A stretch of 64,000 nt of DNA. It comes from Schizochytrium sp. TIO01. Taxonomy: Eukaryota > Protista > Bigyra: Labyrinthulomycetes. The translations under genes and the position numbers were made by a program. The stretch covers positions 5,558,862-5,622,861 of the forward strand of contig SMSO01000025.1 in NCBI GenBank assembly GCA_004764695.1, given 5' to 3'. The notes beneath the pieces were generated by a model. The model did not search any database. It had not been told where the DNA came from and saw nothing but the letters and a program-made list of their open reading frames with translations. Shown piece after piece: positions 11,531-22,912 of the stretch (position 1 is the first letter of the stretch; every line of letters begins with the position of its first letter).

Positions 11531-14020
11531 TTAGAGCTCCTCACTGATGCGCACAAGAAGCGCACATTCGTAGGGACGCTTTGGGTGTCGCAAAATTTCA
11601 TCCTGAATAGAAGATCGAATCAACTGTGGAATCTCGACGTAGCCATAATCGTGCTCACATTGCTGGTCTGCAATGTGCATGGCCATGGCAAGCGCAGCCG
11701 AAGACACATTCATTGTACATACTGGGTTGCAATGAGCGTCGGATAGAAACTGAACAAGCGAGGGTGCAAGCTGAGGCAAAAGAAGAAAGCTGTTGTGATC
11801 CTCATCAAGTACACTATCTACAGCAACAAGAAGATCCTCTGCAGGCCAGTCAAGATGAAAAGAACTTCCATCACAGCGGCCCTCCAGACTTGCATGCACC
11901 AATTCCACTAGCGCGTCAATTGTGGGCTCTGACAGAGCCGGGGCATGAGAAAGACAGCTGAGCGTCAGCGCAGACGTAAGCTTTGCAAATCCAAGCCGCG
12001 GATCATCAGGTAGCGTCGACAAACGGTGTAGGCGAGTAATGAGTTTTCTATCCTGCAACATTTGTTCTGCGTGCGCTTCACAGTGAGCCATTTCATAGAG
12101 AATGAGCAGAGCATACCCTTCAGCAGAGTAGCCGCATGCTTTTGCACTATACCATGCGGAAGGAGGGCGCGAAGCTTTACGAATAAGGTATCCACATGAA
12201 TTTGCAATACGATAGGTCTTAAAGATTGAGGAACATGCAGGACGCGCCTTCATACGCGCAAGACGGTGCAGTAGAGCCATAGCCATCACTTGTCCATCAG
12301 ATGCTTGTGGATCGGGGTGAAGAGCTCCAGAGCGACACAAATTTACACAGATTTCGATCTGCCGCGGGGAGAGTAACAAAGCTGCATCATCAATAGGCAC
12401 GACTCCATGCGAACATCTTCTTGGGGCAAGCATGTTACTCAGTGTAGCCAGGGCGTGGAAACGAGCCTTGCCCGAGTCATGCTGAGCAAAAGATAGGCAC
12501 TTGCTCGGGCAGTCGCGAACAATTAAGGCTTCCCGGCCAACTGGCGATGCTGAGAGATTCTGCATAAGGCGGAGCGCTGCACAGCGACAACTGCTTGGGC
12601 TAGAATGGTCAGAACTGAGTACAGAGAGCGCCGCATCCGCAGCGCCGCAGTCAAGCAACTCAGCGACACAGTTCATGTCTCTCGACAGGTTAGACATGAT
12701 ACCAAGAGTGTGGTCAATAATCGCTGGTGTGGAGGCAGGGCTGACGATAATGTCCACAAACGTTTGACACACATGCGTGCGCTGGAAGGCAGTATGTGAA
12801 GAGTCATAGGCAGCAAGGTTCTGAAGTGTAATCAGTGCCCACCACTCGGCTGTGGACTTGGAAAGCTTTACGGAACACTTATCTTCGCTTGTGACCACTT
12901 TGTTCCAAAGGTCAACAGCAGCCCGTACGGTGACTGTAAAGTCCGTTTTAGCCAGCACGCCGCTGGCACTTGGGTTGGCGGTCATTTCTACAAGCAGCTT
13001 CCAGGGTACATTAGAGGAAGGGTTGCGAGAGAGATGCAGCTGACAGATGTCGAGCATTTCATGCTTCAGGAGACAGGTGGCGGCAGCCTCAGTTTCAGCA
13101 ATAAGCTGTAGGATGCTAAGAGCCTCAGCTCCAGTTGCTTTGTCAGCTTCTAGGCGGCTCAGTACCACGCAGAGCTCCATAACGCCAGATGTGATGTAAT
13201 GCTGCGCAGCTCGGGTTTGCCGCACAATATGATGAAGAATCTCAAGGGCCAAAAGCCTTGCATCTTGGACCTCGTCTTCACGAACAACTACCAGACATGT
13301 TCTTTCGATCGAATCATGCAGGCCCATAAGAGCGGCTTTGCCGGCATTGTATAGAGTTGTGCGCAAGACTTTGAGGGCTTCTTGACGTGTGATTTCGAGC
13401 CTAGTCGTGCCTAGTTCTGCCATGTTGGACACAATAAACTCCAGCACAAGGTTGATGCCGCCCTGGTCGACAACCTCATTGCACAGAGTCTCGTCCTGTG
13501 CCATGACATCAAGCACAGCAAGCACACTCGGGCGGTTTTTCGGCGCTACTTTAGTGCAGCGGGCGATCAATTTAGAGTCCAGGAGCGCTCCTTTAGCTCT
13601 TGAATCAGAGCCCTGCACCAGTGCCTTGGCAATTTGCCACGAAATATAATGTGCCGATGACTGTGTTCTTGTATTCTCGATCTCCAAGACCAGTACCTCG
13701 GCAAGACCTGCGTCGACGAGCTCTTTGACTTCCTCCTCGGAATCTCTCTGACACGCGGCCAGCACTGTTCTCAAGAAACTCAAGGCCGCAGGCGTCCCTG
13801 AGACTGCCACTTGGGCTACTTGAGACGGCAGCGAGGTCTTTTCCTCTTGTGGTTTCTGGTCCTGTGCCTGGACTTGTTCTATTTCTTTGATGCCTTCAAA
13901 AGGCTTCGACAGGGAGAACAGCGTCTCGATGTCCACGAGGCCGCCCTTGGGGAGGGGGCCGCAGGCGCCGCATGAGGAGCACTCCTCAGGGTCCGGCTGA
14001 AAGGAGCCTGCTTTGCACAT
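11531..14020 (-). CDS. Armadillo (ARM)-repeat protein
   Basis: 829-aa helical ORF with ARM-like units (ELVDAGLAEVL, EVVDQGGINLVL, ALITLQNLA, LGIMSNLS, ELLDCGA, ALRLMQNLS, ALATLSNM) and a short N-terminal Cys cluster (CSSCGAC). Confidence 0.8.
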   Translation of the reverse strand: MCKAGSFQPDPEECSSCGACGPLPKGGLVDIETLFSLSKPFEGIKEIEQVQAQDQKPQEEKTSLPSQVAQVAVSGTPAALSFLRTVLAACQRDSEEEVKELVDAGLAEVLVLEIENTRTQSSAHYISWQIAKALVQGSDSRAKGALLDSKLIARCTKVAPKNRPSVLAVLDVMAQDETLCNEVVDQGGINLVLEFIVSNMAELGTTRLEITRQEALKVLRTTLYNAGKAALMGLHDSIERTCLVVVREDEVQDARLLALEILHHIVRQTRAAQHYITSGVMELCVVLSRLEADKATGAEALSILQLIAETEAAATCLLKHEMLDICQLHLSRNPSSNVPWKLLVEMTANPSASGVLAKTDFTVTVRAAVDLWNKVVTSEDKCSVKLSKSTAEWWALITLQNLAAYDSSHTAFQRTHVCQTFVDIIVSPASTPAIIDHTLGIMSNLSRDMNCVAELLDCGAADAALSVLSSDHSSPSSCRCAALRLMQNLSASPVGREALIVRDCPSKCLSFAQHDSGKARFHALATLSNMLAPRRCSHGVVPIDDAALLLSPRQIEICVNLCRSGALHPDPQASDGQVMAMALLHRLARMKARPACSSIFKTYRIANSCGYLIRKASRPPSAWYSAKACGYSAEGYALLILYEMAHCEAHAEQMLQDRKLITRLHRLSTLPDDPRLGFAKLTSALTLSCLSHAPALSEPTIDALVELVHASLEGRCDGSSFHLDWPAEDLLVAVDSVLDEDHNSFLLLPQLAPSLVQFLSDAHCNPVCTMNVSSAALAMAMHIADQQCEHDYGYVEIPQLIRSSIQDEILRHPKRPYECALLVRISEEL

Positions 14021-14073
14021 TATGCCGTCGCTTCTTGCTAGCTAGCCAGCTCGACCGTGGGGTTTGGGGTTTG

Positions 14074-14113
<40 letters not shown>

Positions 14114-15404
14114 GAAGCCCTTTGCCTTCTCAAGGGAACTTTGGCTTCGAGGTCTCTTTCTGTGTTTAGGACTTGGGCAGAAATGGAATTGGAAACGACT
14201 TTTGTTGGAAACGTGTCACGCCCCTCTTACTATAAACGCTAGCCGCCCTTAGACAGGACCCCCAGCACCCGCCTGGGAAAGCCGCCTCGTAGAACCAGCT
14301 TCGTTCTGCAACAAGACCAACCCCGCAGAGCACATCGTCGCAAAAGCAAGCCGTCTTCTTCAGGCTGTGCGAAGCGACGTCGCTTTCTTACCAGCTAGCT
14401 TCGACGTTCTTGAGCTCCTCCCTCGCCTCTCAGGAAAGCGCTCGCAAGCGCATTCTATCGTCTCTTGAGCTCCGTTCTTCTTTGCTTTCACTCTTTTTAT
14501 TCTTTATCACAGCTCTCCTCATTAAATACAAAGAACCCTGGGCCGGCCCTACTGCTACCTTATGCACTAACATCACCCTTAGAGACTCTGCCTATGGGTC
14601 CTCCCCTTCCCTGTGTTTTCTTTCGTGCGTCCGCGGTTCTTTCCTTTTCCTTTTCCTTTTTCTTTTCCCTCTTTTCCCTCTCTTCGTTTCTGTTGAGTTG
14701 TTTCCCTCTTGGAGAGGAGAGGTTCTCTGCGCGTTCTTGGGGTTCTTCGGCCGCAGCGCTGCTGCTGCTGCTGCTTCTTCTCTCGTGGCGCACCGTTTCG
14801 GAGAAGAGCGCTGCGAGCTTTGTGCGGAAACGCCGCTTACTTTGAGCGCTTTCTGGCGGAGATGTGCTACTTCTTCGTTGTTTGCAGTGCTTTGCCTTTG
14901 ACTTTGCCTTTGCTGTAGATTTTGTGATATTTTTATTTTGTTTTATTTTATTTTATCTTTGAAATTGACTAAACTAAAAGGAGAAAGAAAGAAAGAAAGA
15001 AAGAAAGAAAAGTGCAGAAACTCCGTCCATCGCTCTTTTCAAAATGGCGGTCGCTGTAAAGATGGTTCTCGTTGAGAAGACCAAGATTTGGTTCCTGAGC
15101 TCTGCAGAGTTCCCGCGTGGCATGACCGACACATCGTGTGGGGCTCCACCACACTGGAGGCGGGAAGTCCCTCCTTCCTTGACGATGCCTGGCCGCGGCC
15201 TCCTTTTACCAGCTCGAGGCAAGCAGCTAGCTTCTTTGGAGCGACGAATGCAAGAATACCAAGGCTTTACTTCTTTCATCAAAAGCCTTTCAAGGCAGGT
15301 GTGTACCTTAGGCAGGCGCTACCCATCTCACTAGGACTGCCATCATCTTGAAGCCGGAAAAGACCGCCGAATTGCGCCGCTCGAAGAAAGAAAGAGAGAG
15401 AGAG

Positions 15405-15556
15405 AAACAATGCAAACAATGCAAACAATGCAAACAATGCAAACAATGCAAACAATGCAAACAATGCAAACAATGCAAACAATGCAAACAATGCAAACAA
15501 TGCAAACAATGCAAACAATGCAAACAATGCAAACAATGCAAACAATGCAAACAATG
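15405..15556. repeat. 9-bp perfect minisatellite (AAACAATGC), about 17 copies, flanked by GAAA/GAGA tracts
   Basis: Read directly from the sequence; it accounts for the spurious MQT/CKQ ORFs. Confidence 0.97.
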
Positions 15557-15587
15557 GAAAGAGAGAGAGAAAGAGAGAAAGAAAGAG

Positions 15588-15640
<53 letters not shown>

Positions 15641-16039
15641 AAGAGAGAAGCGGTGTCTGCGATCGTGCCTCAAGGCTGGCCGGGAGGAAGGAGCGAGCTT
15701 CCCAAGCGCGGCTCAGGTGCCTGCGTAGGCTGCGGCGGGTGCATATGCATGAGGAGGGAGGGAGGGAGGTAGGGAGGTATCCCCACGCGTCAGCCGAGGG
15801 GCCTTCTGCCACCGCAGAGCGACTAGCTGTGCCTGGGGACAGTTCTTCCTTCCTTTCCTCTTCTCGCTCTCTCTTTCCGCAAACCATCTTTTCATTTAAT
15901 TAACCTTTCTTCTTTCTTTCTTTCTTTCTTTCTTATTTAAGCCAAATTATAGTAAAACAAACTCCCACGAAAAGCAGTGAAACGCGGATATAATGTGTCT
16001 CGTGTGACTTACTCTATCTCCCTTCTATCTATGAGATGC

Positions 16040-16213
16040 CTTCTTTCTTTCTTTCTCTCTTTCTCTCTTTCTTTCTCTCTTTCTTTCTCTCTTTCTTTCT
16101 CTCTTTCTTTCTCTCTTTCTTTCTTTCTTTCTCTCTTTCTTTCTTTCTCTCTTTCTTTCCATTCTTTCTCTCTTTCTTTCCATTCTTTCTTTCCATTCTT
16201 TCTTTCTCTCTTT
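16040..16213. repeat. Compound (CTTT/CTCT) microsatellite
   Basis: Read directly from the sequence. Confidence 0.95.
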
Positions 16214-16805
16214 CTGCGGCTGTTCCCCTCCTTTCCGAGCCAGAGCACTCACTCACTCAGTACCAGGACGCGTCCGCCGCCAGGACTCAGGCCGCAAGAG
16301 CACCCAGCCGCCAAGGCAGCCATGCGGCGGCGACCAGCTCGCGACAAGGCGAGGCGCTCCGCCGCCAGATACGCGCTGCATGAAGGCAGGCAGCAGGCAT
16401 GAAGGCAGGCAGGCAGGCAGGCAGGCATATTATTGTCAAAGCATCGTCTGCGAAGGACTGCTTCGGCGGCTTAATATTCTTATTATTCTTATTCTTATTC
16501 TTATTATTTTATTTTTAATTATTTTTAATCCATTTATTTTTAGGTTAGTCTTCTGTATTTTGTTTGGAGGAGCGAACTTGTGAATTTGTGAATTTGAACC
16601 AGGGGGTGGTCAGAGGGAACCAGGCAGAGCACGGCGGAGAACGCGGCTGAGAGAACGTCTGCGTGGCCATAACCCTTCGTTCTGGGCACAGGCGGGGCAA
16701 GACCTGGCGCGCTAAGCCTCCGCAAAAGGATTGCGCGGTTTGCAGGTTTTGAAGGCCGAGGGAGGACGTGAAATGCAGCGTCGGTGTCTCCACGAATGAG
16801 CGTTA

Positions 16806-16935
16806 CGTATGATGTGACTCGCCCTTCGTATTATGTGACTCGCCCTTCGTATGATGTGACTCGCCCTTCATATGATGTGACTCGCCCTTCGTATGATGTG
16901 ACTCGCCCTTCGTATTATGTGACTCGAAGGGTGAG
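16806..16935. repeat. 21-bp tandem repeat (CGTATGATGTGACTCGCCCTT), about 5.8 copies, ending in an inverted half-copy
   Basis: Units start at 16806, 16827, 16848, 16869, 16890 and 16911 (partial). CGAAGGGTGAG (16925-16935) pairs with CTCGCCCTTCG. Confidence 0.95.
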
Positions 16936-17901
16936 CTTGCAAAGGCTTGCTTTTCTTCGTTTACAATCTTGGAAAGCGATTTGACTGCTCCGTGAACGCA
17001 ACGTCGCGCTCTTGACGATTTTGAAGAAGCACCGTTGCCTTACTAGCCGTGCTTAGCTTGAAATCAAGTACACGTCTGAGTTTCGTACCGAAAAGCCCCC
17101 ACTTTCCCAAGAACGGGGTTGGAGCGCTTGAGAATGGTAACCTCATCGCCCTGCTCTCATACAGTCAACTGACCCGAATTTAAAAGTACCATTCGGCACT
17201 GAGGTAACATACATGGAGAGCCCAGTCAAACTCTAATCGACACGAGCCATTGATGCGCTTAGCCCAAATGTCCCTATGGTTGCAGCCCTGCCTCGAAATA
17301 AATACGGACCTAGCTCCTATCTATGCAAGGAGGACCTCTTCCTCCTTCTAGCTTAAGGTCAGCTCCACTGCCATAGTTCTACTCTTGCACAACCTAGAGT
17401 CCGTGCTTAGGATATAGACTAACTCCCTCGACGAACCCGCTTTCACACTTTTAGGAACCTGTATATGCTCACAAGAACAAATTATATTTGGGGATTCTAC
17501 GAAACTTACACTTTCAGTATCTTTTTATGCACACCTAGGTAAGCAAAAACCTATGGTAAAGTCTAGGATGGGGAAGAGAACCATTTCTGCTAAGTAGGCT
17601 AGTAAGGGATATTATGCCGATCCACACCGAAGTGAGCATCGAAAGGCTTCCCGGGGAACCCGTACGAAAGACTTGGGTTAAAAGTACAGAGAGAAGAATG
17701 AATGCATATGCTTCTGATGGCTGATCAGATAGTTTCGAGTGTAAGGAAAAATATGGAAGGAAGCGATTCATGAATGAGACGAGCAGAACTGTTGGGAAAT
17801 CAAGTTTTTGAGAGGATGGTTGATGTCAAGATTTTTTTTTTTTTTATATTGTGTTTTTAAGCAGAAGAAAACGGTGGGGAAGGAAAGGCGAAGCCAGTTA
17901 T

Positions 17902-20019
17902 TCACTTCTCGTCAATATCTGTGAGGATGTTGGAAAGCAGACTCTGGAAGTGAGCATCATCTACATCATGATGATCATCATCCTCATCTTCAGGTTCCGT
18001 GGTGTATGCAGTTAAGGTCGAAGAGTCGTTTGCGGTCGCAGCCGAGAAAGTAGAAAAGGCCCCTCCTCCAAGAAATAGGGGCGGCGAGCACGATTCCGAA
18101 CGCATGCCAAGAGGCTGATGCTGGTGAGAATGCATAGAATGGTGGTGCTGGTGGAGGTGCTGATGATGCTGGTGGAGGTGCTGGTGCTGGTGGTGTTGAT
18201 GGTGATGGTGCTGCTGCGGGGAATGTTGATGGTGATTCTGCTGGTGCTGGTGCTGATGTTGTACAGGGAGCGGCACCGAATTAGCTCCACTCGAGCCAAA
18301 TGAGGTATAATTGAAAGGAGAAGGGGTTCCGCGGTCCAAATAAGTCGTTGGCTGAGGATGCATCGGTGGGAGTTGTGGGCTAGGAGTCGGAACACTGCCA
18401 CAAATAGAGGGTGTAGATCTCACATGCGGCACAGGAGTCAAAGAAACACCAGGCATGATAGGAGTGTTCGAGGGCGTAATTGCGCGCACTTCTGAGCTAG
18501 AATGAATATTAGCTGTCGGCATTGGAGGGGCAGATGCGGTCTCAAGTTGACGCTTTTGTAAACGCTTCAGCTGTTCCGATACATTGGGGCATTCTCGGGC
18601 GACATGGCCCGCCTCTCCGCATTGAAAGCACTTGCGCGCGTATGGGCAATTCTTGAGACGATGTCCAGATTCATTGCAGTTCAAACACACTTGTTGAGAC
18701 GTGTTGCTAGTATCAGCATCCTTTCCAAGCGCTGGTGAACTACGCGTGGCCTCGGGCGAGCTTGCAAGGCCGCCCACCTCGTCCTTTTCTTCGTCTCGAA
18801 GTGCAGAGAATTGACAGTTCTTAGCGACATGCGTGAACTCACCACAAAGAAAGCAAGCCCGAGGCTTGGTGCAGTCCCGCGAAAGGTGGCCCTCACCATC
18901 GCAGTTGAAGCAGCGTACAGGTCCCTCGACCTCGCTGCCCCCAACGCCACCATCCTGACTCTGGGTCTTCTTCTTCTTCTTCTTCTTCTTTTTCTTCTTC
19001 TTCTGGTCCGAACCAGGGTCCCCCCCGGTAGAACTGGCAATACTGCCAGTAGTGGTATTCAGCGCTGCAGAAGGCGTGGTTGGGGTAGCTGCCGCGGTAG
19101 TGCTAATTGAGCTCGCTCCGCTGCTGCTGCTACTAGAGCTGCTGCTAGAGCTGCTACTGCTACTGGAGCTGCTCCCCTTGGAGTCATTGTTCACAGGCAA
19201 CCCCAGCCCGTTCGGGGTTGTAGCACCGCCGGGAGTGACACTATGGTTGTTTGAGGCGTCCCCGAGCCTACTATTGGTACCAGTGCCGCTGCTAGCGATG
19301 TTCATGTTGCTGCCAGTCTTCCCTCCCGCAACGCTGCCCATATAACCTTGGCCAAATGCCGACTGATAATCCTGTTGTTGGTGCTGGTGCTGATGCTGTT
19401 GGTGCTGGTACTGCTGATGAAGCATATGCTGGTGCTGGTGAAATGCATGCTGCTGCATGTGTTGCTGGTGTTGCATATGCTGCATGTGTTGCATTTGCTG
19501 CTGATGAGAATAAGAATGATACTGTTGCATGCCGTGGCCCATGCTTGGGTCCTGGTGAGCGTACATGTTATTGTGGCTGCTGTTACCGCCGCTGTTGTTG
19601 ATATGTGCCATTCCACGAGCATCCACCTTAAACTCATGTTCGGTGATGGGTTGAAAGGGGCTCGGTTGCTCGCCTCGATGTCCGTGTGCGTAGCCGGAGT
19701 CTACGCTTGATCCGGAAGCGATGCTCCAGCTGCGGACTTTATTTACCAAGTTGCAGTTCTTAGCAATGTGTCCATTGCCTCCACAGGAAAAACAATTCCG
19801 TGTGTCGTTACCGAGGTCAGGCATGTGACAACCATCAACCAGGTGATCAGGCGACTTACAATTTAAGCATAAGCGACCCTGAGGGCAGTCCGAAGAAAGA
19901 TGGTCCGGGCTTGCACAACTAAAGCAGCGGCTGTGTGAGCTGCTACTCATAGAATGCGACGACTGGGGCACTCCGAGGTGCGCGCTTCCCATAGCTGCGC
20001 GAGCATACGTAGGCTCCAT
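17902..20019 (-). CDS. CCHC zinc-knuckle nucleic-acid-binding protein (7 knuckles, CNBP/Gis2-like) with long low-complexity linkers
   Basis: Seven CX2CX4HX4C motifs grouped 3+2+2, with His/Gln-rich tracts, poly-Ser and a poly-Lys run. No retroelement pol domains nearby. Confidence 0.9.
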   Translation of the reverse strand: MEPTYARAAMGSAHLGVPQSSHSMSSSSHSRCFSCASPDHLSSDCPQGRLCLNCKSPDHLVDGCHMPDLGNDTRNCFSCGGNGHIAKNCNLVNKVRSWSIASGSSVDSGYAHGHRGEQPSPFQPITEHEFKVDARGMAHINNSGGNSSHNNMYAHQDPSMGHGMQQYHSYSHQQQMQHMQHMQHQQHMQQHAFHQHQHMLHQQYQHQQHQHQHQQQDYQSAFGQGYMGSVAGGKTGSNMNIASSGTGTNSRLGDASNNHSVTPGGATTPNGLGLPVNNDSKGSSSSSSSSSSSSSSSSSSGASSISTTAAATPTTPSAALNTTTGSIASSTGGDPGSDQKKKKKKKKKKKKTQSQDGGVGGSEVEGPVRCFNCDGEGHLSRDCTKPRACFLCGEFTHVAKNCQFSALRDEEKDEVGGLASSPEATRSSPALGKDADTSNTSQQVCLNCNESGHRLKNCPYARKCFQCGEAGHVARECPNVSEQLKRLQKRQLETASAPPMPTANIHSSSEVRAITPSNTPIMPGVSLTPVPHVRSTPSICGSVPTPSPQLPPMHPQPTTYLDRGTPSPFNYTSFGSSGANSVPLPVQHQHQHQQNHHQHSPQQHHHHQHHQHQHLHQHHQHLHQHHHSMHSHQHQPLGMRSESCSPPLFLGGGAFSTFSAATANDSSTLTAYTTEPEDEDDDHHDVDDAHFQSLLSNILTDIDEK

Positions 20020-22881
20020 GTCGGGTGACTATACAATTCGAGCCAACAACGACCCGAGTCTACTGAGTAGATAGATATAAGGATCCTCTCCTTGGAAAAG
20101 GAGAAGGAAGTAGAGAAATAGAGAATGAAATCCCCCCCCAAAAAAGTAAGAACGCTCTCGAAGACTTTGCCAAATTGTTGAAGTCTAGGAGGATATTCAC
20201 GTGTGCTTGCGGGATTTTTGTCTTATTGTCTTGGTTTTGTTGTTGTTTGTGCTTTGTTGGTATCTGCTTGCTCCGATAATTCTGATAAATGTGATCTATC
20301 TGATTGGCAAACCTGTTTCCTTTCGCCTTCGAAGACAGTTGCTTTATTGATAGCTCCTTTTTAAAAGCTATCCGCCGCTTAGGAAGAAAGCAAAGATATA
20401 ACTAGCTCTTGAGCTAGCAGAGAAAAGAATCCGAATAATATCGATTCAAAAAAATCGACTAGAAGTGGTGGCCCGCTCCACACAGGGCGACCACTCAGAT
20501 GCTTCTCAATGAACTGGCTGGGGTAGAGATATAATGGATAGAATTTACCAGGTGGCTTCTTATTGCAGACGATAAAGTCCACTGAATAGAAACTGTGCAA
20601 TGAACTAGAGCTCGCAGAACTTGATCCCTGCGAGGTTGACCTTGTTCGTTGCTTTAAAACACTTCTTAACCTCGGGGCAATGAGGAGCTTGACGAGGCTG
20701 AAGAATAAACCTGACAAGATTCAGCAGACGGTGTAGTAGTGGGAAACCACAAGCTTTCCAGAAGCAAGTTAGCTATCGTCTGACTGATGGTAGCGTGCTC
20801 AACCCTGCACACCCAACTCTTTCCTGAACAATCTGTTCACCTTCCACGCGTCTCTCCTCGCGTGATTTATTTCTGAAGTACAACCTGCTTTCCCACGTGT
20901 AGCACGCAGCCACCAAAGGAGCTACCCTGCTTAACCTCAAGTCAAGAATCTCGCGCGCTCCAAGATATAGGACGGTTGGGCTGTCTCCAAGCCAACTAGC
21001 TTCGTTAGCTAACTCGCTCTCACTACCTACGCTGTCCTCGATCACTCTCGCGCTCTCGCCAGCTAGAACACGGCACGGCTTACGTAGAAAGAATACCCTC
21101 AACGGCACCACGTCCGCCGGCCCACGCGGTGCCAGGCCCGCGGAGGCCTCCGAGGCTTGTCCTTCGCGTCTCGTTCCACGCAACACAAAGAAAAGGACTC
21201 GCAATCAAACTAGTACTAAAAGGCAGAAGAAGCAGAAGAAGTTGGCGAAGTACAAACAACAAGGGCGAGAAAGACACAGCACAGTCTCCGCTCAATAACA
21301 GGAAAGATAAAGAGAGAATCGCCAAAGAAGAATCGAAAGAAAGTATGAAAGAAAGAGAGAAAGAAAGAAACAGAGAAAAGAACGGAAGCAAGAACAAGAA
21401 CAGGTCTCACTCGAAGAAAACCAAAAAGAGGAAGAACAGCAGCCGCAATCGATCACTCTTGGCTCACTCTTAAGCCGTGGAACCGCGCCAGAACTGCCTG
21501 ACTGGTCTCTTAGGGCTGAGTCTGCGAGAGCACAGCAATGCAGTCCTGCTCTCGTGGCTTGTCAGTCAGGTGTTCTTCTTCGTCTGTTCTTCTTCGCTAT
21601 CTCTTGATAACTTTGTTTGTTCTTCTTGTTGTTCCTTCTCCCCGGATCTGCGACGATGTGCACCGCCTCGGAGGTCCGGTGTGGCGCGACAACGATTCGC
21701 GGGGTGGATCCTACTGCACGAGGTGGCGTGCGAGAGGGTGGGGCGAATGTATCGCGGTTTTGCCTTTGACTGCGGCGGAAGAAGTGGCGTCAGGGATGAT
21801 GCCGCGGGCGGGTTTTTGAAAATCCGGGCGACGATGAACCGAATGAGGGCCCAAGTGACCGAGGCAAGAGCACGCAGCTCACCGTGCCAACGCTGCCGAC
21901 GACGCAGGCAGCGACAAAGGGCCGCCGCACTGCGCCTGCGCTCCAATCGCCTCCGTCGCGCAGCCTCCTCCGCGACGACGACGACGACGACGACTCGGCT
22001 CTGCTGCTTATTGACTAATTACTTTCATACTTGCTCTGTCTCTGCCCAGTCCTTCGTGCTATACTCTACTTGCACCGCATTTGTTCTACTTCGAGTGGAT
22101 CCATAACCCACTTGTTCCCTCTATACCCTACTGTACGCTTGCGCTGCTTGGATTCCCTACTTGTGTGCCAGAATACTTCACTGTAGAGCATTGGATACAC
22201 TAGGTTATAGCAACCCACAATTACCGCCATGGAACCGGATAGCTCATTTACAGCAGACCCTCCCTCGCGCTCACATCGCGCGCTCTCTGTCTCCCTCACT
22301 CTTCGCCCTTTCTTCCCGCAGCCGGAGGGGGCTCTCGAGTGAAGAGAGACGGGCTGGAGGAAGTTGAACAGACTGTCACTGGAGCTGAAGGGAGAAAATA
22401 CTCCCACATCTCCGACCTCGCCTACACAATACCTTTAACCTCTGAGGAAGACCGAACACGGGTGGGGCGAATATCTTCCTCTGAAGGACCCATGTTGTCC
22501 CTGGCAACACTGCTGTACGGCAAAGAAAATTCGCTGTGGGAAATCTTGTCCCTCACCAAGTCAATACAATAACATAAAGATCTCAAATTACACACTGAGC
22601 TTAATCTAGGGAAGATTTTCCTTCATTAAGGAAGGTGCCACTGTAAATTACGCGTGTCTGTACCTTTGATAATTTCCCAGTGCGTCCAGACTGAGATGTG
22701 GAGCAAATCCCGCAGCCCCTCTCTTGCGCGAAGAAGAAGTGGGACGCAAAGCCTTAGCGTCGGTAGCGAGGTCACTAGTAGGCGCCCAGTAGGTAGGGCT
22801 ACCAGCACAGGTTATCTACAGAAGAGTAGACATAGCTACTTCAATCACAAAGAACAGCGGATCCTCTCTAAACAGACAGAC

Positions 22882-22912
<31 letters not shown>

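Noticed and set aside
15279-16402. ORFs with MQT/CKQ/LFA/KKER repeats
   Set aside because: They are stop-free readings of mini- and microsatellites with no unique coding sequence.
16806-16935. 21-bp array (and the 18-bp array at 5257) as CRISPR
   Set aside because: Head-to-tail repeats with no spacers, no cas genes, and a eukaryotic context.
17902-20019. CCHC protein as retrotransposon Gag
   Set aside because: No protease, RT, integrase or LTRs seen, and the low-complexity linkers fit a cellular protein.
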